A DNA stretch of 35,646 nucleotides, taken from the NCBI GenBank assembly GCA_964627105.1, contig CAZVHF010000001.1, positions 1-35,646 of the forward strand, given 5' to 3'. Both the position numbers and the translations under genes were made by a program. Of this stretch, positions 16,908 to 25,969 are shown in pieces. This DNA comes from an uncultured Chitinophaga sp. (lineage in GTDB: Bacteria > Bacteroidota > Bacteroidia > M30B66). Numbering within the stretch: the stretch's first letter is position 1; the number at the start of each line of letters is the position of its first letter. Under the pieces are notes generated by a model. The model had not been told where the DNA came from. It ran no database searches and saw nothing but the letters and a program-made list of their open reading frames with translations.

Positions 16908-19900
16908 TTGAAAACCAAATCAACATATCTTTCCTTTTCGGTTGTCTGCTCGCTCCTACTATTCATTGTATGGAGCGCCAATAGCAGTCCGTATACCTTA
17001 GCCGGCAAGCTTACTCCCGGCCCTGGCGATACCACCGATACCGATACTCTGGTGGATCTCCCCTACCCTTTCGATGATGAGGATATAGACCCAACCGATC
17101 CCACACCGAATCCTTTCTTCCTGAAAGATCCGGCCAACGTTACCAATTCGGTAGAGCTAAATACCGAAACAAACGAGTACGATATCAACAGCCGGATGGG
17201 GAATCTGAATTACCGATATCCCGATTACATGAGTTTTCAGGAATACCTCGATGAGGAATTCGACAATGCCATTTTACGCAATTGGCGCGATCGTGTTGCC
17301 GGCGACGATGTTGCCAAACAAAAAGGATTTCAGCCACGCATTATTGTTCCGGGCGATGCCTTTGCGGGAATCTTTGGTAGCAATGTAATCGACATCCGGC
17401 CACAGGGTTCGGCCGAATTGATTTTCGGAGGAAATTTTGTTCGGACGCAGAACCCGGCCCTTCCGATTCGTCAACAGCGCGTTGGATCGTTCAACTTCCA
17501 ACAAAAAATTCAGATGAACGTAGTTGGAAAGATTGGCGACAAAATTCAGCTTCAAACCAATTACAACACCGAAACGGGATTCAACTTCGACAACAAGGTT
17601 AACCTGAAATACGAAGGCAAGGAAGATGAAATCATCCAGTTACTCGAAGCGGGTAACGTAAACATGCCGTTGACGGGAACCTTGATTACCGGTTCACAAA
17701 GTTTGATGGGGGTAAAAACCAAACTCAAATTTGGACGGTTAACAGCTACAACCATTTTCTCGCAGCAACAGGGCGACCGAAAGAACATTGCGGTTCAGGG
17801 AGGCGCACAAACCCAGAAATTTGAGGTATCTGCATCGAGTTATGATGCCAATCGACATTTCTTCCTTGCACAATGGTTCAAAGACCGTTACGACCAGTCC
17901 TTATCGACATTGCCCAACGTAACTTCACCCTTTAATGTAACCCGTGTCGAGGTATACATCACCAATCGTACCTACGCCACCACCAATGTGCGTAACATTG
18001 CCGCATTTGCTGATGCGGGAGAATTTGACCCATCCTACTTCAACAACGGAACAAACTCCTACACGCAGCAATTACCGGGTTCAAGCATTTTTCCACGAAA
18101 CGAAAACAATAACCTTCAGGCAAGCCAACTGATTGCACTATACCCCGATTTTCGGAATAAGACGAACGATGTATTGAGTAATCCCGGAAGTTTCACGCCA
18201 CAAATGATTCCGGCCATCGACTTCGAATATTTGCAGAATGCACGGCTGTTGAATCCCAATGAATACACCCTTAATCCATTATTGGGCTATGTTTCGCTTA
18301 ATCAGTCACTAAACGCCGATGAGGTTCTCGCAGTTGCGTTTCAATATACTGTGAACACGAGTCAAGGCCAGCAGGTTTATCAAGTTGGTGAATTCTCTAC
18401 CGATGTTCAGGGTACCGGGTCACTAGTGTTGAAGCTCCTTAAAAGCACACAGGTTTTTACGCAAAAACCCATCTGGAACCTGATGATGAAAAATATCTAT
18501 TCTTTGAATGGATACCAAATTAGCAAGGATAATTTCAGGTTGAACATTCTATATCAAGACGAAAAGACATCGGTTAAGATGAATGTGATTCCCGAAGGGC
18601 AAAACGTAAATGGCCAGATCCTTCTACAGCTCTTCAATTTAGACAGACTCAACAACCAGAACGATCCACAAGCCGATGGGTTCTTCGATTTTATTGAAGG
18701 TAAAACTATTCAGGCCGATAAGGGTAGAATTATCTTCCCTATGCGGGAACCATTCCGGACATTTTTAAGAAGTAAATTTGAACTTCCCTCCGAATTGCCG
18801 CTTGCAAATAAATACGCCTTTGATTCGCTTTACACCACAACACAACCTCTAGCGCAGCTCGATGCACAGCATAATCGTTTCTACCTACAAGGCTCTTATC
18901 AATCGGCTTCCGGGTCTGAAATCTCGCTGAATGCGATGAACGTGCCGCAAGGTTCAGTTACGGTTACGGCAGGAGGTGTTCCGCTAACAGAAAACGTTGA
19001 TTATACGGTAGATTATGCTTTGGGAAGGGTACGCATTATCAACCAGGGCTTGCTCAACTCACAGACACCAATTAACATCTCGCTCGAAACCAACACACTC
19101 TTTGCAATTCAGAGCAAGCGTCTTATGGGAGCGCATTTCGATTACATGATCGATAAAAATTTTGGCTTGGGAGCAACCATCATGAACCTCACAGAGCGTC
19201 CAATGACACAAAAAATCAACATTGGCGACGAACCTATCTCGAACACGGTAATTGGTTTGGATGGAAATATTAAGAGAGACTCACGATGGTTGACGCGAAT
19301 GGTTGATAAACTTCCGTTTTACTCAACGAAAGAAATGTCGACAATTACGGCAACCTGGGAAACGGCAAAGCTCATCCCAGGGCATTCGCGTATAATCGGA
19401 AGAGATGGGCTATCATACATCGACGATTTTGAAGGCGCCGAATCGACCATCGATATTCGCAACTTCGGCAATTGGTTTATTTCTTCAACACCAGCCGGGC
19501 AGCCAAATTTGCTTCGTGAAGGAGACTTGTTTAACGCACGCGCATACAATTACAACCGTGCCCGACTAAACTGGTATACCATCGATCCGCTATTTGCCCG
19601 AAACGGCAATACAACACCTGCCCACATTCAAGACTCTCCAATGCAGTCGAATAACTTCATGCGGCAGATTGTTGAAACCGAAATTTTCCCGAATAAGGCC
19701 CGACCTAACGGACAGGTACAGATTATGCCGGTGCTCGACTTACACTTCGACCCACGCATCAGAGGACCTTACAACTACGACGTAACAGCGGGTGAATATT
19801 CGGCCGGTTTGAATACCGACGGAACGCTAAAAAATCCACAAAGCCGATGGGGAGGTATTATGCGCCGTGTTGAAACAACCGATTTCGAGTCGGCCAACAT

Positions 19901-22900
19901 CGACTACATCGAGTTCTGGATGATGGATCCGTTTGCGGAAGGTCTCGGTCCGGGAACAGCAATTAACAGTGGAACAGGAGGCGATTTTTACATCAACATC
20001 GGTAATATTTCGGAAGATGTATTGCGCGATGGTCAACAAAGTTTCGAGAACGGATTACCTGTAACAACTGATAATACCAATTTCGACACAACTACCTGGG
20101 GGAAATATCCGACCTCCCCGCCGCTGGTAAACGCATTCGATAACAATCCTGAGTCGCGTCCCCTGCAGGATGTGGGACTAGACGGCTTACCGAGCGATTC
20201 TGAGCGTGTGTTTTTTAGCGATTACCTGCAAGCGGTACAATCTGTTTTGACCCCTGATGCATTTAGCCGATTTGAGGAAGATCCATCGGCCGACGACTAT
20301 CGTTTTTTCCGTAATACCCAATTCTGGGATGCTCAAGAAGCCGATATTTTGACACGCTACACACTATACAATGGCTTAGAAGGCAATTCGCGACTGGGTG
20401 AGGATCCGATTGAGCCCTATCCAACAGCTGCCAATCCATTACCCAATATTGAGGACATTAACCGCGACAATACACTGAGTGCTGCAGAGAGTTATTTCCA
20501 GTACCGCATCAGTCTTCGGCCGCAGGATATGGTGGTTGGTCAAAACTACATTATCGATAAAGTTGCCGGTCGTGGCGAATTAAATAATGGACAGCCGATT
20601 GATGTAGACTGGTACCAGTTCCGCGTTCCAATTCGCTCGTTCACATCGAAAGTGGGCTCGGTTAGCGATTTCCGTTCGATACGTTTTATACGCATGTTCT
20701 TCCACAACTTCTCGGAGCCGGTGGTAGCGCGAATGGCGCGTCTCGAATTTGTGCGGGCTGAATGGCGACGATTTGAATATAGTTTGAAAGAGCCTGGCTT
20801 GTTTTTGGGCAACGACCTCAACACTACTTTCCAGGTTTCGACGGTAAACATTGAGGAGAATGGTGAAAAAACACCGGTTAATTACGTGTTACCTCCTCAG
20901 ATTCGCCGCGAGGTGGATGTGACAACCACAAACCTGCAGCAGTTGAACGAACAATCGTTGCAGATGCGGGTGTGCAACCTCGAAGACGGCGAGGCACGGG
21001 CGGTGTATAAGAACACGAACCTCGATGTGCGTGCCTACAAGCGCATTAAAATGGAAGTACATGCCGAAGCAATGAACGGCAACCAGTGGCCCGACAACCA
21101 GATTACAGCTTTTATTCGTTTGGGAACTGATTTCGTAAATAACTATTACGAATACGAAATTCCATTAAAGCGCACACCCGATGGAACCAGTAACCCCGAA
21201 GATGTTTGGTCAAACAGTTTCGATTTCACACTGGAGGCGCTTACCAATGCCAAAGTTGAGCGCAACAGAGCAATGATCGGCAATCCCGATATTCAAATTA
21301 ACGAGCCATTCTACACCAACGATCCTGAGAAACCACTAAACCGAATAACGGTAGTAGGGGTTCCACAGATTTCAGGAGTTAAAACGATGATGATTGGTAT
21401 TCGAAACCCACAGAACGACGAGGATAATCCATGGCCCGACGATGGTTCTGTGGCCTGTGCCGAAGTGTGGATGAACGAGTTACGCGTTTCGGATTATTTT
21501 GAAGCCGGTGGTTGGGCTGCCAATGCCCGTGTTACAGCGAAGTTGGCCGACTTGGGTACGGTGGCACTTGCCGGAAGTCATTCGACCTTTGGATTTGGCA
21601 GCATCGAGAAGAAGCCGGCAGAAAGAAGTCGTGATAATGTTAGTTCATATAGCATCATTTCGAATCTCGAAATGGGTAAATTCTTCCCAAAACCATGGAA
21701 CTTGAGTGTGCCTTTATACTGGGAGTTTGGTGAGATTATGAGTAATCCGCAGTTCAATCCGCTCGATGCCGATGTGCGATTTAACACGGCGCTCGATTAC
21801 CAGGCAAGCGAAGGTGCGCGCGATTCGCTTCGGCAATTATCACAAACCTATCAAAAGCGACGCAGTGTAAACTTTACAAATGTTCGTAAAAACCGGGGGC
21901 AAGCAAGTAAACTAGCAATGCCATGGGATATTGAAAATTTTGATTTGACCTATGCATTTGCCGATAATTTCCAGCGATCGCCGCAGGTCGAATTCAATTA
22001 CATGAAAAATTATGATATTGGATTAGGCTACACATATGCACCTAAGCCCATATCAATCGAACCCTTCAAAAAGGTAAAGCTATTTGGAAAATCGAAATGG
22101 TTCGATCTGATTAAAGATATCAATCTAAATCCTGTTCCATCGCGACTGGCCTTCAGATCAGACATTGCTCGCGACTTTAACGAACAGAAAATTCGCAATA
22201 CATCGGATGTTGCACTTTTGAAAATCGACACAACTTACTTCAAGTCGTTTACATGGCAACGCATTTACGACATTAAAATCCCGCTTACCAAATCGTTGCA
22301 AATCGATTTTATGGCCACGAATCAAAGTCGAATCGACGAGGAGCCGGGAGCTATTGATACGCAATCGAAGCGAGATTCGGTAGTTCGGAATCTGAGAAAA
22401 GGTGGTCGAAACACAAATTATCAGCATAATTTTAATGCATCGTATTCGCTTCCATTTTCAAAAATCCCGCTGTTGAACTTTGCAAGTGGAACCCTGGCAT
22501 ATGCATCCACGTTTAGCTGGGTTGCTGCTCCACTAGTAGCAGACACAGGTGGATCCGACCAATTTATTCAGAATCCGTTTGGGAATATCATTTCGAATTC
22601 TGCAAACATAAATTTGAGTGGACAGGCAAATTTGGTGCAGCTGTACAACAAGGTGCCATACCTAAAGAAAGTAAACCAGAAAAAACCAGGAGCACAAGAC
22701 AAAAAGAAACAAAGCAGCAAGGCAAAAGACCCGAAGGATCCAAAAGCTCCTGCAGACAAGGCTAAGAAAGATTCAACCAAGAAAAAGGATACGCCGTTTG
22801 ATCTTGTTTTGGAAAACGCTGCCCGTTTCTTAATGATGCTTAAAAACGTTTCCATAAACTACACCGAGACAAATGGAACCGTTCTGCCAGGTTATATCAA

Positions 22901-24167
22901 TCAGAGCCGATCGATTGGTCGCGATTGGAGCGCAAAAACGCCTACAACAGGTTTCCTTTTTGGCGATCAGTCTGATATTCGTAAATTAATGGTAGAACGT
23001 GGAGCGCTCACACGCGATACATCATTCAACAACGCTTTTACGAAGACCTTTGCGCGCAATTTAACCTGGAATGCGACAGTTGAGCCCTTGCCCGGAATGC
23101 GCATTACGATTAATGCGAACCGAAATTACTCGGAGAACTTCACAACCATTTATAAATACAATGCCAATACTGGTGTGTTTGAAGAACTGAGCACTTTGAA
23201 AACCGGGAATTTCTCTGTATCTACCAATACGTGGGGAACTGCCTTTGGGCGTCTCGACAATAAGTTACATACTTCAGGCGAATTTGACCGCTTTCTCCAA
23301 AACCGAAAAGCAATTGCTTCACGCCTAAGTGCAAATCCAATCGATCCACTAACCGGATATCCGGTTGGCTATGGTTCAACTCAACAAGACGTATTGTTAC
23401 TCACCTTCCTTGCAACATACACAGGTATAGACCCTGGTGTTCAGGAACTGAGCTTATTTCAACGGATTCCCAAACCAAACTGGCGCATAACCTACGATGG
23501 GTTAACCAAAATTGCCTTCTTTAAAAAATACTTCAAATCGATCTCCTTAGGTCATGGATTCCGTTCAACATTCAATGTTGGGTCATTTACCACCAATTTG
23601 CTTGCGCTTCAAAATCCGAACGCCATCGATCCTACTGGAAATATAATTCCTCAATATAACGTGTTGATGGCGTCGATTTCTGAACAGTTTGGACCGCTGT
23701 TTAATATCGATATGACATGGAAAAACAGTCTGATTACCAAAGTTGAGTTCCGTCGTAGCCGCGACCTTTCGCTCAGTTTGCAGAACTCACAGATTACAGA
23801 CGTAACCGGACGTGAAATCACCATTGGAACCGGCTACATCGTAAAGAATTTTGAATTACCTTTTAAAATTCAAGGGGCCGGTAAAAAGATTAAGAGCGAT
23901 TTGAATATACGAGGTGATATTTCGGTGCGCACAAACAAAACAGTGGTACGTCGAGTTCCGGTTGAGGGGCAAACGGTATTCGACCCTATACTTTCGGCAG
24001 GCCAGCAGAATATTAGTATTAAATTCTCGGCCGACTACGTAATTAACCAAAAGGTAACATTGCGCCTGTTTTTCGACCGCATCATGAACAAACCATTCAT
24101 TTCGAACCAATTCCCGAATTCGAATACCAATTTTGGAGTTAGCGTCAGGTTTACCCTAAATCAATAA
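16908..24167 (+). CDS. sprA: T9SS translocon / cell-surface gliding protein SprA
   Basis: 2419 aa, the size of SprA. Signal peptide, then the conserved N-terminus LPYPFDDED...PFFLKDP.N....VELN..TNEYD. The ruvA-sprA-gcvH neighbourhood is as recalled for Flavobacteria. TTG is the only start-like codon after the upstream in-frame stop at 16890. Confidence 0.9.
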   Translation: MKTKSTYLSFSVVCSLLLFIVWSANSSPYTLAGKLTPGPGDTTDTDTLVDLPYPFDDEDIDPTDPTPNPFFLKDPANVTNSVELNTETNEYDINSRMGNLNYRYPDYMSFQEYLDEEFDNAILRNWRDRVAGDDVAKQKGFQPRIIVPGDAFAGIFGSNVIDIRPQGSAELIFGGNFVRTQNPALPIRQQRVGSFNFQQKIQMNVVGKIGDKIQLQTNYNTETGFNFDNKVNLKYEGKEDEIIQLLEAGNVNMPLTGTLITGSQSLMGVKTKLKFGRLTATTIFSQQQGDRKNIAVQGGAQTQKFEVSASSYDANRHFFLAQWFKDRYDQSLSTLPNVTSPFNVTRVEVYITNRTYATTNVRNIAAFADAGEFDPSYFNNGTNSYTQQLPGSSIFPRNENNNLQASQLIALYPDFRNKTNDVLSNPGSFTPQMIPAIDFEYLQNARLLNPNEYTLNPLLGYVSLNQSLNADEVLAVAFQYTVNTSQGQQVYQVGEFSTDVQGTGSLVLKLLKSTQVFTQKPIWNLMMKNIYSLNGYQISKDNFRLNILYQDEKTSVKMNVIPEGQNVNGQILLQLFNLDRLNNQNDPQADGFFDFIEGKTIQADKGRIIFPMREPFRTFLRSKFELPSELPLANKYAFDSLYTTTQPLAQLDAQHNRFYLQGSYQSASGSEISLNAMNVPQGSVTVTAGGVPLTENVDYTVDYALGRVRIINQGLLNSQTPINISLETNTLFAIQSKRLMGAHFDYMIDKNFGLGATIMNLTERPMTQKINIGDEPISNTVIGLDGNIKRDSRWLTRMVDKLPFYSTKEMSTITATWETAKLIPGHSRIIGRDGLSYIDDFEGAESTIDIRNFGNWFISSTPAGQPNLLREGDLFNARAYNYNRARLNWYTIDPLFARNGNTTPAHIQDSPMQSNNFMRQIVETEIFPNKARPNGQVQIMPVLDLHFDPRIRGPYNYDVTAGEYSAGLNTDGTLKNPQSRWGGIMRRVETTDFESANIDYIEFWMMDPFAEGLGPGTAINSGTGGDFYINIGNISEDVLRDGQQSFENGLPVTTDNTNFDTTTWGKYPTSPPLVNAFDNNPESRPLQDVGLDGLPSDSERVFFSDYLQAVQSVLTPDAFSRFEEDPSADDYRFFRNTQFWDAQEADILTRYTLYNGLEGNSRLGEDPIEPYPTAANPLPNIEDINRDNTLSAAESYFQYRISLRPQDMVVGQNYIIDKVAGRGELNNGQPIDVDWYQFRVPIRSFTSKVGSVSDFRSIRFIRMFFHNFSEPVVARMARLEFVRAEWRRFEYSLKEPGLFLGNDLNTTFQVSTVNIEENGEKTPVNYVLPPQIRREVDVTTTNLQQLNEQSLQMRVCNLEDGEARAVYKNTNLDVRAYKRIKMEVHAEAMNGNQWPDNQITAFIRLGTDFVNNYYEYEIPLKRTPDGTSNPEDVWSNSFDFTLEALTNAKVERNRAMIGNPDIQINEPFYTNDPEKPLNRITVVGVPQISGVKTMMIGIRNPQNDEDNPWPDDGSVACAEVWMNELRVSDYFEAGGWAANARVTAKLADLGTVALAGSHSTFGFGSIEKKPAERSRDNVSSYSIISNLEMGKFFPKPWNLSVPLYWEFGEIMSNPQFNPLDADVRFNTALDYQASEGARDSLRQLSQTYQKRRSVNFTNVRKNRGQASKLAMPWDIENFDLTYAFADNFQRSPQVEFNYMKNYDIGLGYTYAPKPISIEPFKKVKLFGKSKWFDLIKDINLNPVPSRLAFRSDIARDFNEQKIRNTSDVALLKIDTTYFKSFTWQRIYDIKIPLTKSLQIDFMATNQSRIDEEPGAIDTQSKRDSVVRNLRKGGRNTNYQHNFNASYSLPFSKIPLLNFASGTLAYASTFSWVAAPLVADTGGSDQFIQNPFGNIISNSANINLSGQANLVQLYNKVPYLKKVNQKKPGAQDKKKQSSKAKDPKDPKAPADKAKKDSTKKKDTPFDLVLENAARFLMMLKNVSINYTETNGTVLPGYINQSRSIGRDWSAKTPTTGFLFGDQSDIRKLMVERGALTRDTSFNNAFTKTFARNLTWNATVEPLPGMRITINANRNYSENFTTIYKYNANTGVFEELSTLKTGNFSVSTNTWGTAFGRLDNKLHTSGEFDRFLQNRKAIASRLSANPIDPLTGYPVGYGSTQQDVLLLTFLATYTGIDPGVQELSLFQRIPKPNWRITYDGLTKIAFFKKYFKSISLGHGFRSTFNVGSFTTNLLALQNPNAIDPTGNIIPQYNVLMASISEQFGPLFNIDMTWKNSLITKVEFRRSRDLSLSLQNSQITDVTGREITIGTGYIVKNFELPFKIQGAGKKIKSDLNIRGDISVRTNKTVVRRVPVEGQTVFDPILSAGQQNISIKFSADYVINQKVTLRLFFDRIMNKPFISNQFPNSNTNFGVSVRFTLNQ

Positions 24168-24212
24168 TGAATTAATTTTTCATGGTTTTAAGTGCAAATG
24201 ATGAAAATTTGG

Positions 24213-24220
24213 TACGTTTG
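24213..24220 (+). promoter_or_regulatory. Bacteroidota -7 promoter box (TACGTTTG) upstream of gcvH
   Basis: Exact TAnnTTTG, 17 nt before the ATG at 24238. Confidence 0.55.
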
Positions 24221-24237
24221 AACTTTAAAATACGCAT

Positions 24238-24618
24238 ATGAATTTTCCTGATAATCTATTGTACACCAAAGATCATGAGTGGGTTAGCCTAGATGGTGAT
24301 GTAGCAACCGTTGGCATTACAGATTTTGCTCAAGGCGAATTGGGCGATATCGTATTTGTAGAAATCGATACTGTCGGTGAAACACTTGCTGCAGGTGAAG
24401 TTTTTGGAACGGTAGAGGCCGTTAAAACCGTTTCGGATTTATATATGCCGGTTTCGGGAGAAATTTTGGAATTCAATGATGATCTTGAAGCAGATCCTGC
24501 AATTGTGAATTCTGATCCCTACGGCGACGGTTGGATGGTTCGCGTTAAATTGAATGACCCTTCATCGCGCGAAGGTTTGCTAAGTGCGGCAGATTACAAG
24601 CAACTTATCGGACATTAA
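24238..24618 (+). CDS. gcvH: Glycine cleavage system protein H
   Basis: 126 aa. [10 protein letters not shown]-terminus and lipoyl-lysine motif [13 protein letters not shown]. Confidence 0.94.
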   Translation: MNFPDNLLYTKDHEWVSLDGDVATVGITDFAQGELGDIVFVEIDTVGETLAAGEVFGTVEAVKTVSDLYMPVSGEILEFNDDLEADPAIVNSDPYGDGWMVRVKLNDPSSREGLLSAADYKQLIGH

Positions 24619-24621
24619 CCT

Positions 24622-24972
24622 ATGTTTTTCCGGAATGCAGGTCCAGCCCTGCTCTGGACACTCATTGTTAGTATTCTTACTTTAATGCCGGGCCGTGATT
24701 TGCCTGAGATACACATTGTGAACTTCGACAAAATAGCGCATCTCGGTGTTTTTGCGTTGCTCGAGTGGTTATACCTCAATTGGATATGTTTAGGACGGCG
24801 TATTAATAAACCACTAGCGATAACGCTTGCATGTATTGTTTACGGTGGATTGATTGAAGTGCTGCAGGGGACTTTTTATACCGATCGATATGCCGACATT
24901 TGGGATTTCACATTCAATGCGCTTGGCTGTTTAGGTGGATGGGCCTTCTTCTCGTTGTATAACCGAAAATAG
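24622..24972 (+). CDS. VanZ-family membrane protein
   Basis: 116 aa with about four hydrophobic helices. FDKIAHLGVFALL and GGLIEVLQ motifs are typical of VanZ-like proteins. It starts 3 nt after gcvH. Confidence 0.7.
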   Translation: MFFRNAGPALLWTLIVSILTLMPGRDLPEIHIVNFDKIAHLGVFALLEWLYLNWICLGRRINKPLAITLACIVYGGLIEVLQGTFYTDRYADIWDFTFNALGCLGGWAFFSLYNRK

Positions 24973-25074
24973 ATGAGTCATTTAGTTAAGCATTTTTTTC
25001 AATTTTACTTTTAGCACAATAATCAAAATCGTAATATCGTTGACAGAACAAATACAACTTAATTATACCCGAAT

Positions 25075-25473
25075 ATGAAACGCCCATTGTTAATTTTATC
25101 GCTTGTGTTGGGACTCACCAAGCTTTCTACTGCTCAAAAAAACAAAGGACTTGCCAGTATTGAAGTTATTAAAGCTGCAACTCAAAATACGCTGGGAATT
25201 AATGCGGGCTATTACGTTGAATTTAAGAACAACACCGATAAAGAAGTTGATGGCGTAAAATGGATAGCTTATTTTTACGATAACTTCGAAGCATACAAAG
25301 ACAAGCGAGAAGGGAAATGGCAATCAGGCAATTTTATTAAACCTGCGAAACCAGGCGAAGTTTTTGAAGATGTAGAAGGCGTTTGGGTTGAAGATGCCAC
25401 AAAGGTTTTTGTAACTATCACAGAAGTCCATTTCACGGATGGCTCTTCGAAAAAATCTACGCATAAAGAATAA
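25075..25473 (+). CDS. Small exported protein, unknown function
   Basis: 132 aa. Sec signal peptide MKRPLLILSLVLGLTKLSTAQ. The mature part is Lys/Glu-rich and beta-rich, with no motif I recognise. It appears AT-richer than flanking genes. Confidence 0.6.
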   Translation: MKRPLLILSLVLGLTKLSTAQKNKGLASIEVIKAATQNTLGINAGYYVEFKNNTDKEVDGVKWIAYFYDNFEAYKDKREGKWQSGNFIKPAKPGEVFEDVEGVWVEDATKVFVTITEVHFTDGSSKKSTHKE

Positions 25474-25645
25474 AACAAGAACAGCATTACCTGCTTTTCA
25501 TCAATGAATTGTTGGAATTGGGTCATTTTGCTTTTTCCAATAATTGAACTGGCACGTTTGTTTCCAGAATAAAGTAAATCAGTCTTTACCAATTAATTTG
25601 TACGGTATGTAAAGAAATCCATACTTCATCTTAAGCAATATTTAT

Positions 25646-25969
25646 ATGAAGGCTTTTCTGTTGATTGTTTCCGTGTTCACACTTTCCGCTTGCAAGAACT
25701 ACAGGTTAAGGCACATGACCGATGAAGAACTTTACTATATGGAACATGGTAATACCCCAGAAATTCCACGTGAACCATGCACGAATAGAATGTTGTGTGA
25801 CCCTAAACTCTACAAACAATATCCGAATTATGGATCTATGGATGTTTTTCGTGTTTATGACACGAAAAAAGACTCTACCTACCGAATTGTAGTTGATGAT
25901 GGATATAATGTCGCGCTGGACTCAACTGTAATTATTGTTGATACGCTACAGTTTCATTGCCGGTATTAG
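25646..25969 (+). CDS. Small lipoprotein, unknown function
   Basis: 107 aa. Lipobox-like MKAFLLIVSVFTLSAC. Three further Cys in the mature part. No recognisable domain. The 3' end overlaps the convergent GT87-like gene by 38 nt. Confidence 0.5.
   Translation: MKAFLLIVSVFTLSACKNYRLRHMTDEELYYMEHGNTPEIPREPCTNRMLCDPKLYKQYPNYGSMDVFRVYDTKKDSTYRIVVDDGYNVALDSTVIIVDTLQFHCRY

Noticed and set aside
25275-25592. A 105-aa minus-strand ORF overlapping the 132-aa exported-protein gene.
   Set aside because: It has no signal or motif and overlaps the better-supported plus-strand gene, which has a clean signal peptide. It is probably spurious. Confidence in either small gene is only moderate.
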